NCBI GenBank assembly: GCA_024280475.1 | Contig: JAJRQA010000047.1 | Span: 1,128 to 65,127, forward strand | Direction of reading: 5' to 3' | Source: Alphaproteobacteria bacterium | GTDB lineage: Bacteria; Pseudomonadota; Alphaproteobacteria; Rhizobiales; JAKIUO01 | DNA: 64,000 bases | In this document: positions 1 through 9,499 of the stretch, piece after piece | How positions within the stretch are numbered: position 1 is the stretch's first letter | Layout: each line of letters opens with the position of its first letter | Program-made: the position numbers and the translations under genes | The notes under the pieces: generated by a model | The model's database searches: none | Told to the model about the DNA's origin: nothing | What the model saw: the letters and a program-made list of their open reading frames with translations, nothing else

Positions 1-71
1 AGCCACGCTCCCAAGACGATCAGAGCAATAACAAATACAAATGCGGCGATATAAAAGAAAAAATCCCCCAT
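1..71 (-). CDS. hypothetical membrane protein, N-terminal fragment (runs off window start)
   Basis: ATG at 71..69 on the minus strand with an AAGGAAG SD-like motif 8 nt upstream. Translation MGDFFFYIAAFVFVIALIVLGAW is one hydrophobic helix and the frame stays open to position 1. Too short to appear in the ORF track. Confidence 0.4.
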   Translation of the reverse strand, partial: MGDFFFYIAAFVFVIALIVLGAW

Positions 72-425
72 GAAATGGACTTCCTTATAGTTGTTTTACC
101 AAGTCAGCGGCCCGCCAAATCAGTGTAAAGTCAAGCCCCGAAAAGGCCAGTGGATCGTTATTCGTTGGCGCCAGCGATCTTCGCAAACATCCCGTTTGTG
201 AAATATCGGCAAATAATTCCCTGTCAAACCTTAACTGATTCGTGCGTTCATTTCCAATTTTCCCCGTAAACAAGCCGATTATCAAGATAAGCGCGTTAAC
301 CATAGGCAATTGTTTACGTAATTTTAACCGCCAGGGCGGCAAACTTTGCCTGATTGATGCGTGTAAGTGGCGGATTTGTATCACTTGCGCGTCCACATTT
401 CACCTAAGAAGGGATCGCCTCACCG

Positions 426-842
426 ATGGCACTTGATTCTATTCCCATGTTTGCTGTGCTTAAAAGCAAAATGAACTGGCACCAGCAGCGTCAGACCTTG
501 TTGGCTCAAAATGTCGCTAATGCCGATACGCCGGGCTATAAGGGCCGCGATCTGGCTGCTTTTAAAGTGGAACAGGCAAGCGGTCGGGGGCAGATTTTGC
601 CCCCCATCGGTATGGCCCGCACAAGCGCCGCGCATATCCAGGGATCTGTCATGGCTGATGCCCGCTCAAACTTTGGTAGCGATAATGGCAGTGGTTGGGA
701 AATTACCCCCGAAGGCAATGGGGTGGTGCTCGAGGAACAAATGATCAAGGTCACGGGCAACGCCTATGACTATCAGGTCGCCAGTACGCTTTATTCGCGT
801 TCGCTGGGGATATTGAAAACAGCGATACGTGGGAGGAGCTAG
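426..842 (+). CDS. flgB: flagellar basal-body rod protein FlgB
   Basis: 138 aa with the N-terminal rod-family motif RQTLLAQNVANADTPGYK. Directly followed by flgC and fliE. Confidence 0.9.
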   Translation: MALDSIPMFAVLKSKMNWHQQRQTLLAQNVANADTPGYKGRDLAAFKVEQASGRGQILPPIGMARTSAAHIQGSVMADARSNFGSDNGSGWEITPEGNGVVLEEQMIKVTGNAYDYQVASTLYSRSLGILKTAIRGRS

Positions 843-845
843 ATT

Positions 846-1256
846 ATGGATTTATTGAAAAGCATGCAGGTGGCAGCTTCAGGTCTTAGGGCGCAATCTG
901 GACGCATGAAAGTGATCGCAGAAAATATTGCCAATGCCGAATCAACATCGAGCGTCAAGGGCGGCGACCCCTATCAACGGCGTATCCCGACCTTTCGAGA
1001 AGTCTTTGACAGTGAAATCGGGGCCAATGTCGTGCGCCAGGGACGGATACAGCTTGATCGCGCCGATTTTGGGGAGAAATTTGATCCCGGCAATCCGGCC
1101 GCCAATGACAAGGGCGTCGTTAAAACCCCCAATGTCAATACGCTGATAGAAATGGTCGATATGCGCGAAGCACAGCGCAGCTATGAAGCTAATCTGAACG
1201 TAATTGGATCCACCCGGCGCATGTTGGCGCGGACATTAGATATTTTGCGCGGTTAG
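846..1256 (+). CDS. flgC: flagellar basal-body rod protein FlgC
   Basis: 136 aa with SGLRAQ..IAENIANAESTS at the N-terminus and VDMREAQRSYEANLNV at the C-terminus, both rod-protein signatures. Starts 3 nt after flgB. Confidence 0.9.
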   Translation: MDLLKSMQVAASGLRAQSGRMKVIAENIANAESTSSVKGGDPYQRRIPTFREVFDSEIGANVVRQGRIQLDRADFGEKFDPGNPAANDKGVVKTPNVNTLIEMVDMREAQRSYEANLNVIGSTRRMLARTLDILRG

Positions 1257-1301
1257 TTTTTGGTCCTTTGTGGCATCACTTCGAACGGGGAATGAATAAA
1301 A

Positions 1302-1646
1302 ATGACAATCACAGCAACCGGCGCCGCCAATGCATATGCTGCAGCCCAGCGTTTGACCAAACCAATAGCAGATGCCGCTGGTAAAGCGGATGGGGGCCTT
1401 GGTCTGCCAACACCCCCAATGTCTGGTCCTGGCAGTTTTGGCGCAATGGTGGAAAAAGCCGTTGCAGGGACACTGGAAACGGGGCGTGTTGCCGAATCCA
1501 GGGCCATGGCACTGGCCGAAGGCAAAGCCTCTATCGTTGATGTGGTGACCGCCGTCGCCGAAACCGAACTGGCAGTTGAAACCCTCGTGACGGTACGAGA
1601 TAAAGTCATCAGCGCTTACAAAGACATTCTCAATATGCCTATCTAG
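1302..1646 (+). CDS. fliE: flagellar hook-basal body complex protein FliE
   Basis: 114 aa with a FliE-like C-terminus (VETLVTVRDKVISAYKDILNMPI). flgB-flgC-fliE order as in the Caulobacter flgBC-fliE operon. Confidence 0.8.
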   Translation: MTITATGAANAYAAAQRLTKPIADAAGKADGGLGLPTPPMSGPGSFGAMVEKAVAGTLETGRVAESRAMALAEGKASIVDVVTAVAETELAVETLVTVRDKVISAYKDILNMPI

Positions 1647-1671
1647 CTTTTTGCTGAATTTAAAATAATAA

Positions 1672-1709
1672 ACCCGACGGGCGCAGGGTAGCCCGCCGGG
1701 TTCTTTCTT
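1672..1709 (+). terminator. rho-independent terminator after fliE, between convergent genes
   Basis: Stem ACCCGACGGGC / GCCCGCCGGGT (11 bp, one A-C mismatch) with an 8-nt loop, followed by TTCTTTCTT. Sits 26 nt after the fliE stop. Confidence 0.6.
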
Positions 1710-1766
1710 GGCTGTGACACAAAATGGTTCAGCCAGGATCGGGAACCAATTTCCCGTAGCTAATGC

Positions 1767-2111
1767 CTATTGCCATTGCCATGAAACACCGTTTTTTGCT
1801 TTCATGCCTGAGGTCGCGCCATGTCCGTGTTTTGACTGGGCGCTGGCCAGTTCGGTTTTGCTGATGGCACCATCCTTATTGGAATCAACATCTTCAAATT
1901 TTGGCGCACTGGCTTTATTGCCGGTGTTTTTAGCCTGCAATTTTTCAACGGCTTTGGCGAATTCATCTTTAGAAACTGCGCCATCATTATTCATGTCGAA
2001 ATTCTTGAAAGGGACGGGGGTCGTTGGGGTAGCGCTTGCAACAAGAGTTGTTCCGCCGATAAAGGTGGAAGCGAGGAGGCCAAGAGCAATCGTTTTTGTC
2101 AGCGTTTTCAT
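1767..2111 (-). CDS. secreted EF-hand calcium-binding protein
   Basis: 114 aa. N-terminal signal peptide (MKTLTKTIALGLLASTFIGG..) and two canonical EF-hand loops (DMNNDGAVSKDE, DSNKDGAISKTE). Confidence 0.75.
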   Translation of the reverse strand: MKTLTKTIALGLLASTFIGGTTLVASATPTTPVPFKNFDMNNDGAVSKDEFAKAVEKLQAKNTGNKASAPKFEDVDSNKDGAISKTELASAQSKHGHGATSGMKAKNGVSWQWQ

Positions 2112-2350
2112 GATGGGTTCCTTCTTTTGGACCGGGGGATCCGGTGTTCATCAATAAAGCCAATGGTTCTAAGCAGAACGTTCGGCTATTAAGATAGATA
2201 GTATATGTAAGATAAAAGGCGATATGATAAATTGCCACAGGTCTGGACCCCCGTTTCAACAGGCTCATATGTGGTAGTTATCGCTGGTTCATTGACATTT
2301 ATGACGGCACGGATAATCTTTGCTAAAGACAAGTTATAGTGAGGGAAAAT

Positions 2351-2809
2351 ATGTCCGAAGGTCTGACAGTCGCACTGATCATTGGGGCATTTACGATCAT
2401 TTTTCCCTTGTTCTGGATGGCTATTCTCCAGCTAATTGCGTATTTTGGTGGCTGGCAGAGTTTGGCCAAAAGCTATGCCGCGCGAGGCCCTGCTTCTGGC
2501 GATCATTTTCATTTTTCCAGCGCACGTTTTGGCAGTTTTACCAGCTACAGCAATTGTCTTAGTGTCAGCGTCTCACCTGCGGGGTTTGGCTTGCACCCTT
2601 TTATTTTGCTTCGCGCCGGGCATGCCGCTTTGTTCATTCCCTGGGAGGAGGTTCTGCAATTGACGAGGTGGCAGGCCTTGGGTTTCACTTCAGCTCAACT
2701 GACTATCAATCGACCGATGGGGCAAAGCCCGATCCGCGTTAAGCTATATGGCAAAAAACTTGTGAACAGCTTGTTTCAACACGCTCCGCATCATCTAACC
2801 GGCACATGA
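2351..2809 (+). CDS. hypothetical membrane protein
   Basis: ATG at 2351 preceded by GAGGGA (2341-2346); the track ORF starts at a GTG at 2339. One or two N-terminal hydrophobic helices. No recognisable family. Confidence 0.4.
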   Translation: MSEGLTVALIIGAFTIIFPLFWMAILQLIAYFGGWQSLAKSYAARGPASGDHFHFSSARFGSFTSYSNCLSVSVSPAGFGLHPFILLRAGHAALFIPWEEVLQLTRWQALGFTSAQLTINRPMGQSPIRVKLYGKKLVNSLFQHAPHHLTGT

Positions 2810-2857
2810 TCGTTCAACTGATTTCATATTTGCTTCAGGCCTCGAGCAAGGTCAATT

Positions 2858-3754
2858 TCAGCGGCAGGCTTTGAGCATGCGGCGCACTGCTTTTCCAGAG
2901 CCGTTGAGCGTCACAGTTCTGCCCTTGGTGCCGCTCGATGAACCATATTTTATGGTGTGACCAGAGGCCAACTCCTGGAAAAATGGGTGGGACAGCGGCA
3001 GCTTGACGTCGAGGCTGACCCCGGTCAGTTTCGATTCTCCGCGTGCTTTTAGTCTTGTCGTGTGATTGTCGATAGTCACCCAGACGCCGACCTGGCGTTG
3101 TTCTTCTTTCTCACGCCCCAGCTCCCAGAAAATCAGTTCCCCCATCTGTGTTTTCTTGGCGCATTGGATCGAGAAGATGGGCACATAATCGACTTCATCA
3201 TTGCAGTCTTTTTTACAGCCCGAGGACCAGGCAAATATGGCCGAAGCGGTCCCGCCATCGGTCAGTGAACTCCAGTCAGTTGAGGCTTGCAGCTTTGAGC
3301 GTTTGCTCTTGTTTGTGGCATGTTTGATTTTTTTTGGCAGTTGGCGCGTATAGGCGGGTTTTAATTGCTTGTGGCTTGTCGTGGACATTTGGCAATCAGA
3401 AATTGAAGCTGGTACGCCGCTACTGCCTTGCTCGCACAAAAATGTGAGATCGACAGGAGAGCCATTAATACTGGTTGTCAGCTGGACGAGATATTGATGC
3501 GAGTTCCAGGCAAATTTTTGCCCGTCTTTGGCGGTGCAAAAACCTTGTTGTTGGCGAATAGTTGTTTTGCGAATGGATTTATATTGGAGTTTTTTGCGGC
3601 CCTCAAACAGGGCCAGTTTGTTGCCCTCGTCCTGCAAAGAGTAAGTGCCGCCGGGCGTGGCGCAATTGAAATAATAATCTCCCGCGAGGGCAACATTTCC
3701 CCAACACAGGGAAATAAATAAACTGCAACAAAGAAACCGCATCAAAGACCTCAT
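2858..3754 (-). CDS. hypothetical secreted cysteine-containing protein (two halves joined by a Lys-rich linker)
   Basis: The track ORF starts at a TTG at 3805. The in-frame ATG at 3754 gives MRSLMRFLCCSLFISLCWGNVALA, a signal peptide. About 11 Cys in the mature part. No family recognised. Confidence 0.5.
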   Translation of the reverse strand: MRSLMRFLCCSLFISLCWGNVALAGDYYFNCATPGGTYSLQDEGNKLALFEGRKKLQYKSIRKTTIRQQQGFCTAKDGQKFAWNSHQYLVQLTTSINGSPVDLTFLCEQGSSGVPASISDCQMSTTSHKQLKPAYTRQLPKKIKHATNKSKRSKLQASTDWSSLTDGGTASAIFAWSSGCKKDCNDEVDYVPIFSIQCAKKTQMGELIFWELGREKEEQRQVGVWVTIDNHTTRLKARGESKLTGVSLDVKLPLSHPFFQELASGHTIKYGSSSGTKGRTVTLNGSGKAVRRMLKACR

Positions 3755-3899
3755 GAAAATAAAATGCCTGTCATGAAATAGCTTAGCATAGTTTGTCCCC
3801 GGCAAGGATATTTGTGCGTTTTGCCAATCCCTCTCATTGACATTTGGGGAGCTGCGGGCAATCCTTTACAGTATAAGTTTTACCTGCGGGGATCTAAAA

Positions 3900-4652
3900 A
3901 TGGAATTTTGGACACAGTTGGATAACCCTGCGATCTGGGCATCGCTTTTGACGTTGACCGCGTTGGAAATCGTTCTTGGTATCGATAATGTGGTGTTTAT
4001 CTCTCTTGTGGTCTCGCGCCTCAAAAAGGGGGTACAAAAGGGCGCTCGTCAGTTTGGTTTAATGCTGGCATTTGTCATGCGCGTTGCCATGCTGTTTGGT
4101 ATTACCTGGATTATCGGCTTGAAAGAAAATATATTCACCGTTTTCGGGCATGGGTTCTCGTGGAAAGATGTGATTTTGATCGCCGGGGGGCTATTCCTGA
4201 TCGTCAAGGCGACGCAGGAGATTCATACCGATATAGAAGGCACACCGGAACAACAGGCGGGCCCCAAGGCTTCAGATATGTTTGTCATGGCCATCGCGCA
4301 AATCGCTGTCATTGATCTCATTTTTTCTATCGATAGCATCGTGACGGCGGTTGGTATGGCGGAACATGTAGAGGTGATGGTAGCGGCTGTGCTGATCTCC
4401 ATGATCGTCATGTATATCGCCTCTGGCGCTATTGCTCACTTTATTGCCGAACATCCAACCACCAAAATGCTGGCCTTGTCGTTCTTGTTCATGATCGGTA
4501 CGGCGCTGATTGCCGATGGATTTGGTTTCCATATCCCGCGCGGTTATATTTATTTCGCCATGGCCTTTTCGGCACTCGTGGAGATGTTCAACGTGTTTGC
4601 CAGGAACCGGCGCAAAAAGGGCCAGCGTAAAAACAGCGAACCCGCAGCCTAG
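3900..4652 (+). CDS. TerC-family integral membrane protein
   Basis: ATG at 3900 with GGGGA 8 nt upstream. LTALEIVLGIDNVVFISLVV and a second IDLIFSIDSIVTAVG repeat are typical of TerC. Polytopic. Confidence 0.8.
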   Translation: MEFWTQLDNPAIWASLLTLTALEIVLGIDNVVFISLVVSRLKKGVQKGARQFGLMLAFVMRVAMLFGITWIIGLKENIFTVFGHGFSWKDVILIAGGLFLIVKATQEIHTDIEGTPEQQAGPKASDMFVMAIAQIAVIDLIFSIDSIVTAVGMAEHVEVMVAAVLISMIVMYIASGAIAHFIAEHPTTKMLALSFLFMIGTALIADGFGFHIPRGYIYFAMAFSALVEMFNVFARNRRKKGQRKNSEPAA

Positions 4653-4679
4653 GCCATAAATTCATCAAGGGCATTTTCG

Positions 4680-6386
4680 ATGGTCCAAAAGGAAAATATT
4701 CCCATTGGGGATGGCGCATCGGCGCGTCTTGCCTCCAACGAGGAAGAGCCGCCTGCATTGGCGCTGATGCCTTTGCTGGTAGCGCGGCCAAGGCGTGTAT
4801 TATTGATGCTCGGCCTGTTTCTTGGAGCGTTTATCGTGTTGGCAGGCAGGCTGGCATATTTTGGCTTGCAACATCATGAGGATCTGCGTTTAAAAGCCAG
4901 TGCGCAGACCAGGCAGGCGCAAGATCGGCCCGAAATTCATGACCGGCGCGGGCAGGTCCTGGCGCTGGACGTGCCCACCAGTTCTCTTTATGCCGATCCG
5001 CAAATCCTGCTCGATATTGATGAAACGGCGGAAAAACTCGGTGCAGTTTTGCCTGATTTTGATCAAGAAAAGGTGCGCAAAAATCTTGATACAAAGCGCC
5101 GTTTTGTTTGGTTGCGGCGTTATTTGACGCCCGATCAACGCAAGGCCGTGTTTGATCTGGGACTACCGGGGCTGTATTTTTTACGCGAGCCAAAGCGCTT
5201 TTATCCTCTTGGCAGCCAAATCGCTCATGTCATCGGTACAGTCGATAGTGACAATAACGGATTGTCGGGCATTGAGCGCTTTATCGACAAGCGCAGCGCG
5301 CAAAAGCCGATGGGCAATGAACAGCTTACGCCTGTACAACTATCGATCGATTTACGGGTGCAACATGTGGTGGTAAGCGAGTTGCAAAAGGCCCTTGACC
5401 TCTATAAGGCAAAGGCCGGGGCAGCGCTTGTTCTTGATATAAGGTCGGGTGAGGTTCTGGCGCTTGCCTCCCTGCCATCCTTTGATCCTCAAAAACGCCT
5501 GCAAGCGCAAAAATCAGATCGGCTCAACCGGGCCATGCGCGGCGTCTATGAGATGGGTTCGGTCTTGAAGGCCTTTACGGTGGCCATGGGGCTTGACGAG
5601 GGGGCTGTGCAAGAAGACGAGCGTTTTGATGTGGCAACGCCTATCAAACTTGGGCGTTTTGTCATCAAGGATCATCACAAGACCAAGGACGGCACCATGT
5701 CGGTGCGCGAGATTTTTACCAATTCGTCAAATGTGGGAGCGGCCCGGATCGCCCAACAAACCGGGATCGATCAGCATCGGGCTTTTTTGTCTCGGTTACA
5801 ATTGCTCAACCGTTTGCGCACGCAAGCGGGAAGCGCGGGACTGCCGTTGCAGCCAGCCAAATGGCGCCTGGTGGATAGCCTGTCGGTTGCCTATGGCTAT
5901 GGTCTGTCGGTATCGCCTTTGCAACTAGCCTCCTCGGCGATGGCTTTGTTCAATGGTGGCAATCTGGTGCGGCCAAGTTTTTTGCATGCCGATGAAAGCC
6001 ATGCAGTGCCATTGGGGATCCCCGTTTTGAAGTCCTCGACGAGCCATTTTATGCGCGAAGTCATGCGGGCCAATGTGCAAAAAGGCACGGGCCGGGCCGC
6101 TGATATTGTTGGCTACCGGGTCGGCGGAAAAACCGGGACAGCACGCAAAGCCAAAAAAGGCGGTTATGGCAAAGAATTATTGACCAGCTTTATCGGTATA
6201 TTTCCAAGCGAATCGCCTCGCTATTTGACCTATGTGATGCTTGATGAACCGCAAAAAGTACGCGCGACCCGGGGACAAAACTCAGCTTCGAGCAATGCCG
6301 CTCCGCTCACAGGGCGCATAATCTTGCGCATTGCGCCGCTTTTGGGGGTAAATCCCATCCTTCCCGCCAAAAAGGACGATAACTGA
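4680..6386 (+). CDS. ftsI: peptidoglycan D,D-transpeptidase FtsI (PBP3)
   Basis: N-terminal TM anchor and transpeptidase motifs SxxK (GSVLKAF), SxN (SSN) and KTG (GGKTGTA). Directly upstream of murE. Confidence 0.85.
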   Translation: MVQKENIPIGDGASARLASNEEEPPALALMPLLVARPRRVLLMLGLFLGAFIVLAGRLAYFGLQHHEDLRLKASAQTRQAQDRPEIHDRRGQVLALDVPTSSLYADPQILLDIDETAEKLGAVLPDFDQEKVRKNLDTKRRFVWLRRYLTPDQRKAVFDLGLPGLYFLREPKRFYPLGSQIAHVIGTVDSDNNGLSGIERFIDKRSAQKPMGNEQLTPVQLSIDLRVQHVVVSELQKALDLYKAKAGAALVLDIRSGEVLALASLPSFDPQKRLQAQKSDRLNRAMRGVYEMGSVLKAFTVAMGLDEGAVQEDERFDVATPIKLGRFVIKDHHKTKDGTMSVREIFTNSSNVGAARIAQQTGIDQHRAFLSRLQLLNRLRTQAGSAGLPLQPAKWRLVDSLSVAYGYGLSVSPLQLASSAMALFNGGNLVRPSFLHADESHAVPLGIPVLKSSTSHFMREVMRANVQKGTGRAADIVGYRVGGKTGTARKAKKGGYGKELLTSFIGIFPSESPRYLTYVMLDEPQKVRATRGQNSASSNAAPLTGRIILRIAPLLGVNPILPAKKDDN

Positions 6387-6467
6387 TTTGACGGACCTTG
6401 GTCGAGCAGCCTATGAACAATTTGAACCCTAGAAGAATAAAGAGCCAACCGGCCTGCTGGATGTTTG

Positions 6468-7946
6468 ATGAAAACCATAACAAAAACATTGCAACAACTT
6501 GCGGACGCGGTCCTCGTTTTCGGCGATGAAAAAACCACGATAACCGGTCTCTCATGCAATAGTAGAACCGTCGAACCAGGCTTTTTGTTCGCGGCCTTGC
6601 CGGGTACAACGGTGGATGGTGCAAAATTCATTGATCATGCGCTGGAAAACGGAGCGGTGGCGATCTTGCTACATGCCGATGTGGCGCATGAGCATATCAA
6701 TGTGCCTTGTGTCGTCTCAAGCGATCCACGCAAGGATCTTGCCTTTATCGCCGCGCGGTTTTTTGAAAAACAGCCAGCCCATATTGTTGCTGTGACCGGC
6801 ACCAATGGCAAGACATCGGTGGCTTCATTTGTGCAGCAGATCTGGCAGGAAATGGGCATACGCGGCGCGTCTCTTGGCACGGTGGGCATACAGGCTGGCA
6901 ATCAACACTGGCCTTTGTCCCACACGACGCCCGATCCCATCGAATTACACGAAAAACTCGCCATGCTGGTGGATGAGGGGGTGACCCATCTGGCCATTGA
7001 AGCCTCCAGTCATGGGCTAGAGCAGCGCCGCCTTGAGGCTGTGAATATAAAAGCGGCCGCCTTTACCAATATCACCCAGGATCATCTCGATTATCACGGC
7101 TCGATGGAGGAGTATTTTGCGCAAAAACTGCGCCTGTTTTCGGAGTTATTGCCAGACAATGCCACGGTGGTGGTCGATAGTGATATTGAGGGATCGCAAT
7201 CGGTGATCGATATTGCCGCGCAGCGAGATTTCAAGGTGATCAGTGTTGGCCGCAGTGGTCAGACCTTGATGCGCGAAGACCTGCATCTCTCTGGCTATGG
7301 CCAGACCTTGCATGTGCGGTATGAGGGCGAGCTGTTTGAAATTACAACAGATCTGATTGGCACATTTCAAGCATCCAATCTGCTCGTGGCGGCTGGATTA
7401 TGCCTGGCAGCACAAGCGGATTGGCAGGACTTTTGGAAAGATCTTGGCACGCTTCAAGGCGCCAAAGGGCGTATGGAAATTGTTGGAAAAACCAATGAGG
7501 GCGTGCCGGTGATTGTCGATTATGCGCATACACCAGACGCGCTGGAAAACGCCATTCTGGCCCTCAAGCCCATCAGCAAGGGCGGACGCATACATGTTGT
7601 GTTTGGCTGCGGCGGCGATCGCGACAAGGGCAAACGTCCCTTGATGGGGGCGATTGTCCAAAAACATGCTGATATTGCTTATGTCACCGATGATAATCCG
7701 CGCACCGAAAACCCAGCCACCATCAGGGCTGAAATTTTGGCAGCGGCTCCCGGTGCCATCGAAATCGGCGACCGGCAAAGCGCCATCAATGAATCGGTCA
7801 AACATCTGCAGGCGGGCGATATATTACTGGTCGCTGGCAAGGGCCACGAAGAAGGTCAAAAAATCGGCAATGAGATATTGCCATTTCTCGATCACAGTGC
7901 TGTAGCTAAAGCGCTTGCACTATTGAAGGGCGAGGCAGGAAGATGA
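6468..7946 (+). CDS. murE: UDP-N-acetylmuramoyl-L-alanyl-D-glutamate--2,6-diaminopimelate ligase
   Basis: Mur ligase P-loop VTGTNGKTS and a DNPR motif (DDNPRTENP). ATG at 6468; the track start at 6465 is TTG. dcw cluster position. Confidence 0.9.
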   Translation: MKTITKTLQQLADAVLVFGDEKTTITGLSCNSRTVEPGFLFAALPGTTVDGAKFIDHALENGAVAILLHADVAHEHINVPCVVSSDPRKDLAFIAARFFEKQPAHIVAVTGTNGKTSVASFVQQIWQEMGIRGASLGTVGIQAGNQHWPLSHTTPDPIELHEKLAMLVDEGVTHLAIEASSHGLEQRRLEAVNIKAAAFTNITQDHLDYHGSMEEYFAQKLRLFSELLPDNATVVVDSDIEGSQSVIDIAAQRDFKVISVGRSGQTLMREDLHLSGYGQTLHVRYEGELFEITTDLIGTFQASNLLVAAGLCLAAQADWQDFWKDLGTLQGAKGRMEIVGKTNEGVPVIVDYAHTPDALENAILALKPISKGGRIHVVFGCGGDRDKGKRPLMGAIVQKHADIAYVTDDNPRTENPATIRAEILAAAPGAIEIGDRQSAINESVKHLQAGDILLVAGKGHEEGQKIGNEILPFLDHSAVAKALALLKGEAGR

Positions 7947-9454
7947 GCCAATCAGAACCGTTGTGGACCAGTGGAGAAGTAATAACAGTTACAGGTGGCA
8001 CGTTCGATGGCACCGGGCATTGGCCGCCTATCAGCGGCATTTCCATTGATACCAGAACCCTCGAACCTGGCGATCTGTTCGTCGCGCTCCAGGATCAGCG
8101 TGACGGTCATGAATTCGTCACAGCCGCTTTTGCCAAAGGAGCGGTACTCGCACTTGTCTCTTTGGACTATGAAAAGAGCGCCGATGATGGCCAGTTGCTA
8201 CGGGTCAATGATCCTCTAGCAGCACTGGAGAAAATGGCCTCAGCTGCTCGCGCACGCCTCAACCACACTGCAAGGATTGTAGCGGTTACGGGTAGTGCTG
8301 GCAAAACCACGACCAAGGAAATGCTGCGCGTTAGCTTTGCGCATATGGGCAAGGTTCACGCGTCGCAAAAATCTTACAATAATCATTGGGGGGTGCCGTT
8401 GACACTGGCGCGTATGCCTCGCGATACAGAGTTTGCAGTCATCGAAATCGGCATGAACCATGCGGGCGAAATCGGCCCCTTGAGTAAAATGACGAGCCCT
8501 CATGTTGCGATCATCACTAGCGTGTTGCCAGTGCATCTGGAGCATTTTTCGGGGTTGCAAGCGATTGCAAAGGCCAAAACTGAAATCTTTGAGGGGTTAG
8601 AGAAGTCCGGCTGGGCGGTCATTCCTCGCGATACCTCACAATTTGAGACCCTTGCTAAAAAAGCTGCTAGCGCTGTTGGGGAAACCTATGAGGCGGTCAT
8701 CGAACATACTTCTGAGCGCGTTGTTTCATTTGGCACGCATCAAGACAGTCTCAATGTTATTGATCAAATCAAACTGGAGTTAGACCGCTCTCGCGCTGAT
8801 CTGACACTTGGTCGCCAGTTTGGCCTGAGCTTTGAAATTGGGTTGCCGGGAAAACATAATGTTCTCAACGCTGGCGCTTGCATAACGGCCTGGTTTAGCG
8901 CCATCGCTGGATTGAAATTAGCGAGCAAAGATGTCGGCGATGAAATCTATGGTGGTCTTGATGGGGTCTTGAAGGCGCTTGCGACCATGAAAATGGACCC
9001 AGTCGGACGTGGGCAGGTGTTTGAGCTTGGTAATAAGCGCATCTCTCAACTCACCTTGATTGATGAAAGTTACAACGCAAATCCGGCCTCCATGCGTGCT
9101 GCACTTGAAAATTTATCACTTTATCCGGCTGATCGACGCAAAGTCGCCGTGATCGGTGATATGTTGGAGCTTGGGGACAGCGCCGATGATTTGCATGCAG
9201 CCCTTATTGATCCTTTGCAAAGCGCGGGGATTGATCTGGTGTTTGCTTGCGGGGCGCATATGAAGGTGCTGTACGACAAATTGCCGGAACAAATGCGCGG
9301 GGGTTTTGCGCAAAATTCCAAAGACTTGAAACCGATATTGCTGGGCGCGCTGCAAACGCTCGACATCGTTATGATAAAAGGCTCGAATGGCAGCAAGCTT
9401 GGCTTGTTGGTTGAGGCCATGAAAACCGATCTATCTCCCGCAAAGGGAAGTTGA
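7943..9454 (+). CDS. murF: UDP-N-acetylmuramoyl-tripeptide--D-alanyl-D-alanine ligase
   Basis: P-loop VTGSAGKTTTKEM and IDESYNANP motif. ATGA overlap with the murE stop. Confidence 0.9.
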   Translation: MSQSEPLWTSGEVITVTGGTFDGTGHWPPISGISIDTRTLEPGDLFVALQDQRDGHEFVTAAFAKGAVLALVSLDYEKSADDGQLLRVNDPLAALEKMASAARARLNHTARIVAVTGSAGKTTTKEMLRVSFAHMGKVHASQKSYNNHWGVPLTLARMPRDTEFAVIEIGMNHAGEIGPLSKMTSPHVAIITSVLPVHLEHFSGLQAIAKAKTEIFEGLEKSGWAVIPRDTSQFETLAKKAASAVGETYEAVIEHTSERVVSFGTHQDSLNVIDQIKLELDRSRADLTLGRQFGLSFEIGLPGKHNVLNAGACITAWFSAIAGLKLASKDVGDEIYGGLDGVLKALATMKMDPVGRGQVFELGNKRISQLTLIDESYNANPASMRAALENLSLYPADRRKVAVIGDMLELGDSADDLHAALIDPLQSAGIDLVFACGAHMKVLYDKLPEQMRGGFAQNSKDLKPILLGALQTLDIVMIKGSNGSKLGLLVEAMKTDLSPAKGS

Positions 9455-9499
9455 ATAGCTAACCTTCTGGATAGACTCTAAGGCAACAGGACGTAAAAC

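Noticed and set aside
338-350. GGCAAACTTTGCC as a possible sigma-54 (-24/-12) promoter for flgB.
   Set aside because: The GG-to-GC spacing is 10 nt rather than the 12 nt of TGGCAC-N5-TTGC. It is simply a 6+1+6 palindrome.
85-436. ORFs 85-396 (-) and 242-436 (+) in the region upstream of flgB.
   Set aside because: No SD, no family resemblance, and the two overlap each other. The region is better explained as the divergent promoter and leader of flgB and the partial membrane gene at 1-71.
1708-2157. 149-aa plus-strand ORF.
   Set aside because: It lies entirely antisense to the well-supported EF-hand protein gene (1767-2111), which has a signal peptide and two canonical Ca-binding loops.
2292-2317. 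TTGACA ... GATAAT as a sigma-70 promoter for the 2351 gene.
   Set aside because: The hexamers are good, but the spacer is only 14 nt and the alternative -10 hexamers are poor. Not supportable without TSS data.
3806-3899. Possible yybP-ykoY (Mn2+) riboswitch upstream of the TerC-family gene.
   Set aside because: Only a GGGGAG match is present. I could not build the four-helix junction or find the conserved 3' half in the ~95-nt leader. The CTGCGGG elements are direct repeats, not inverted. An Infernal scan would be needed to overturn this.
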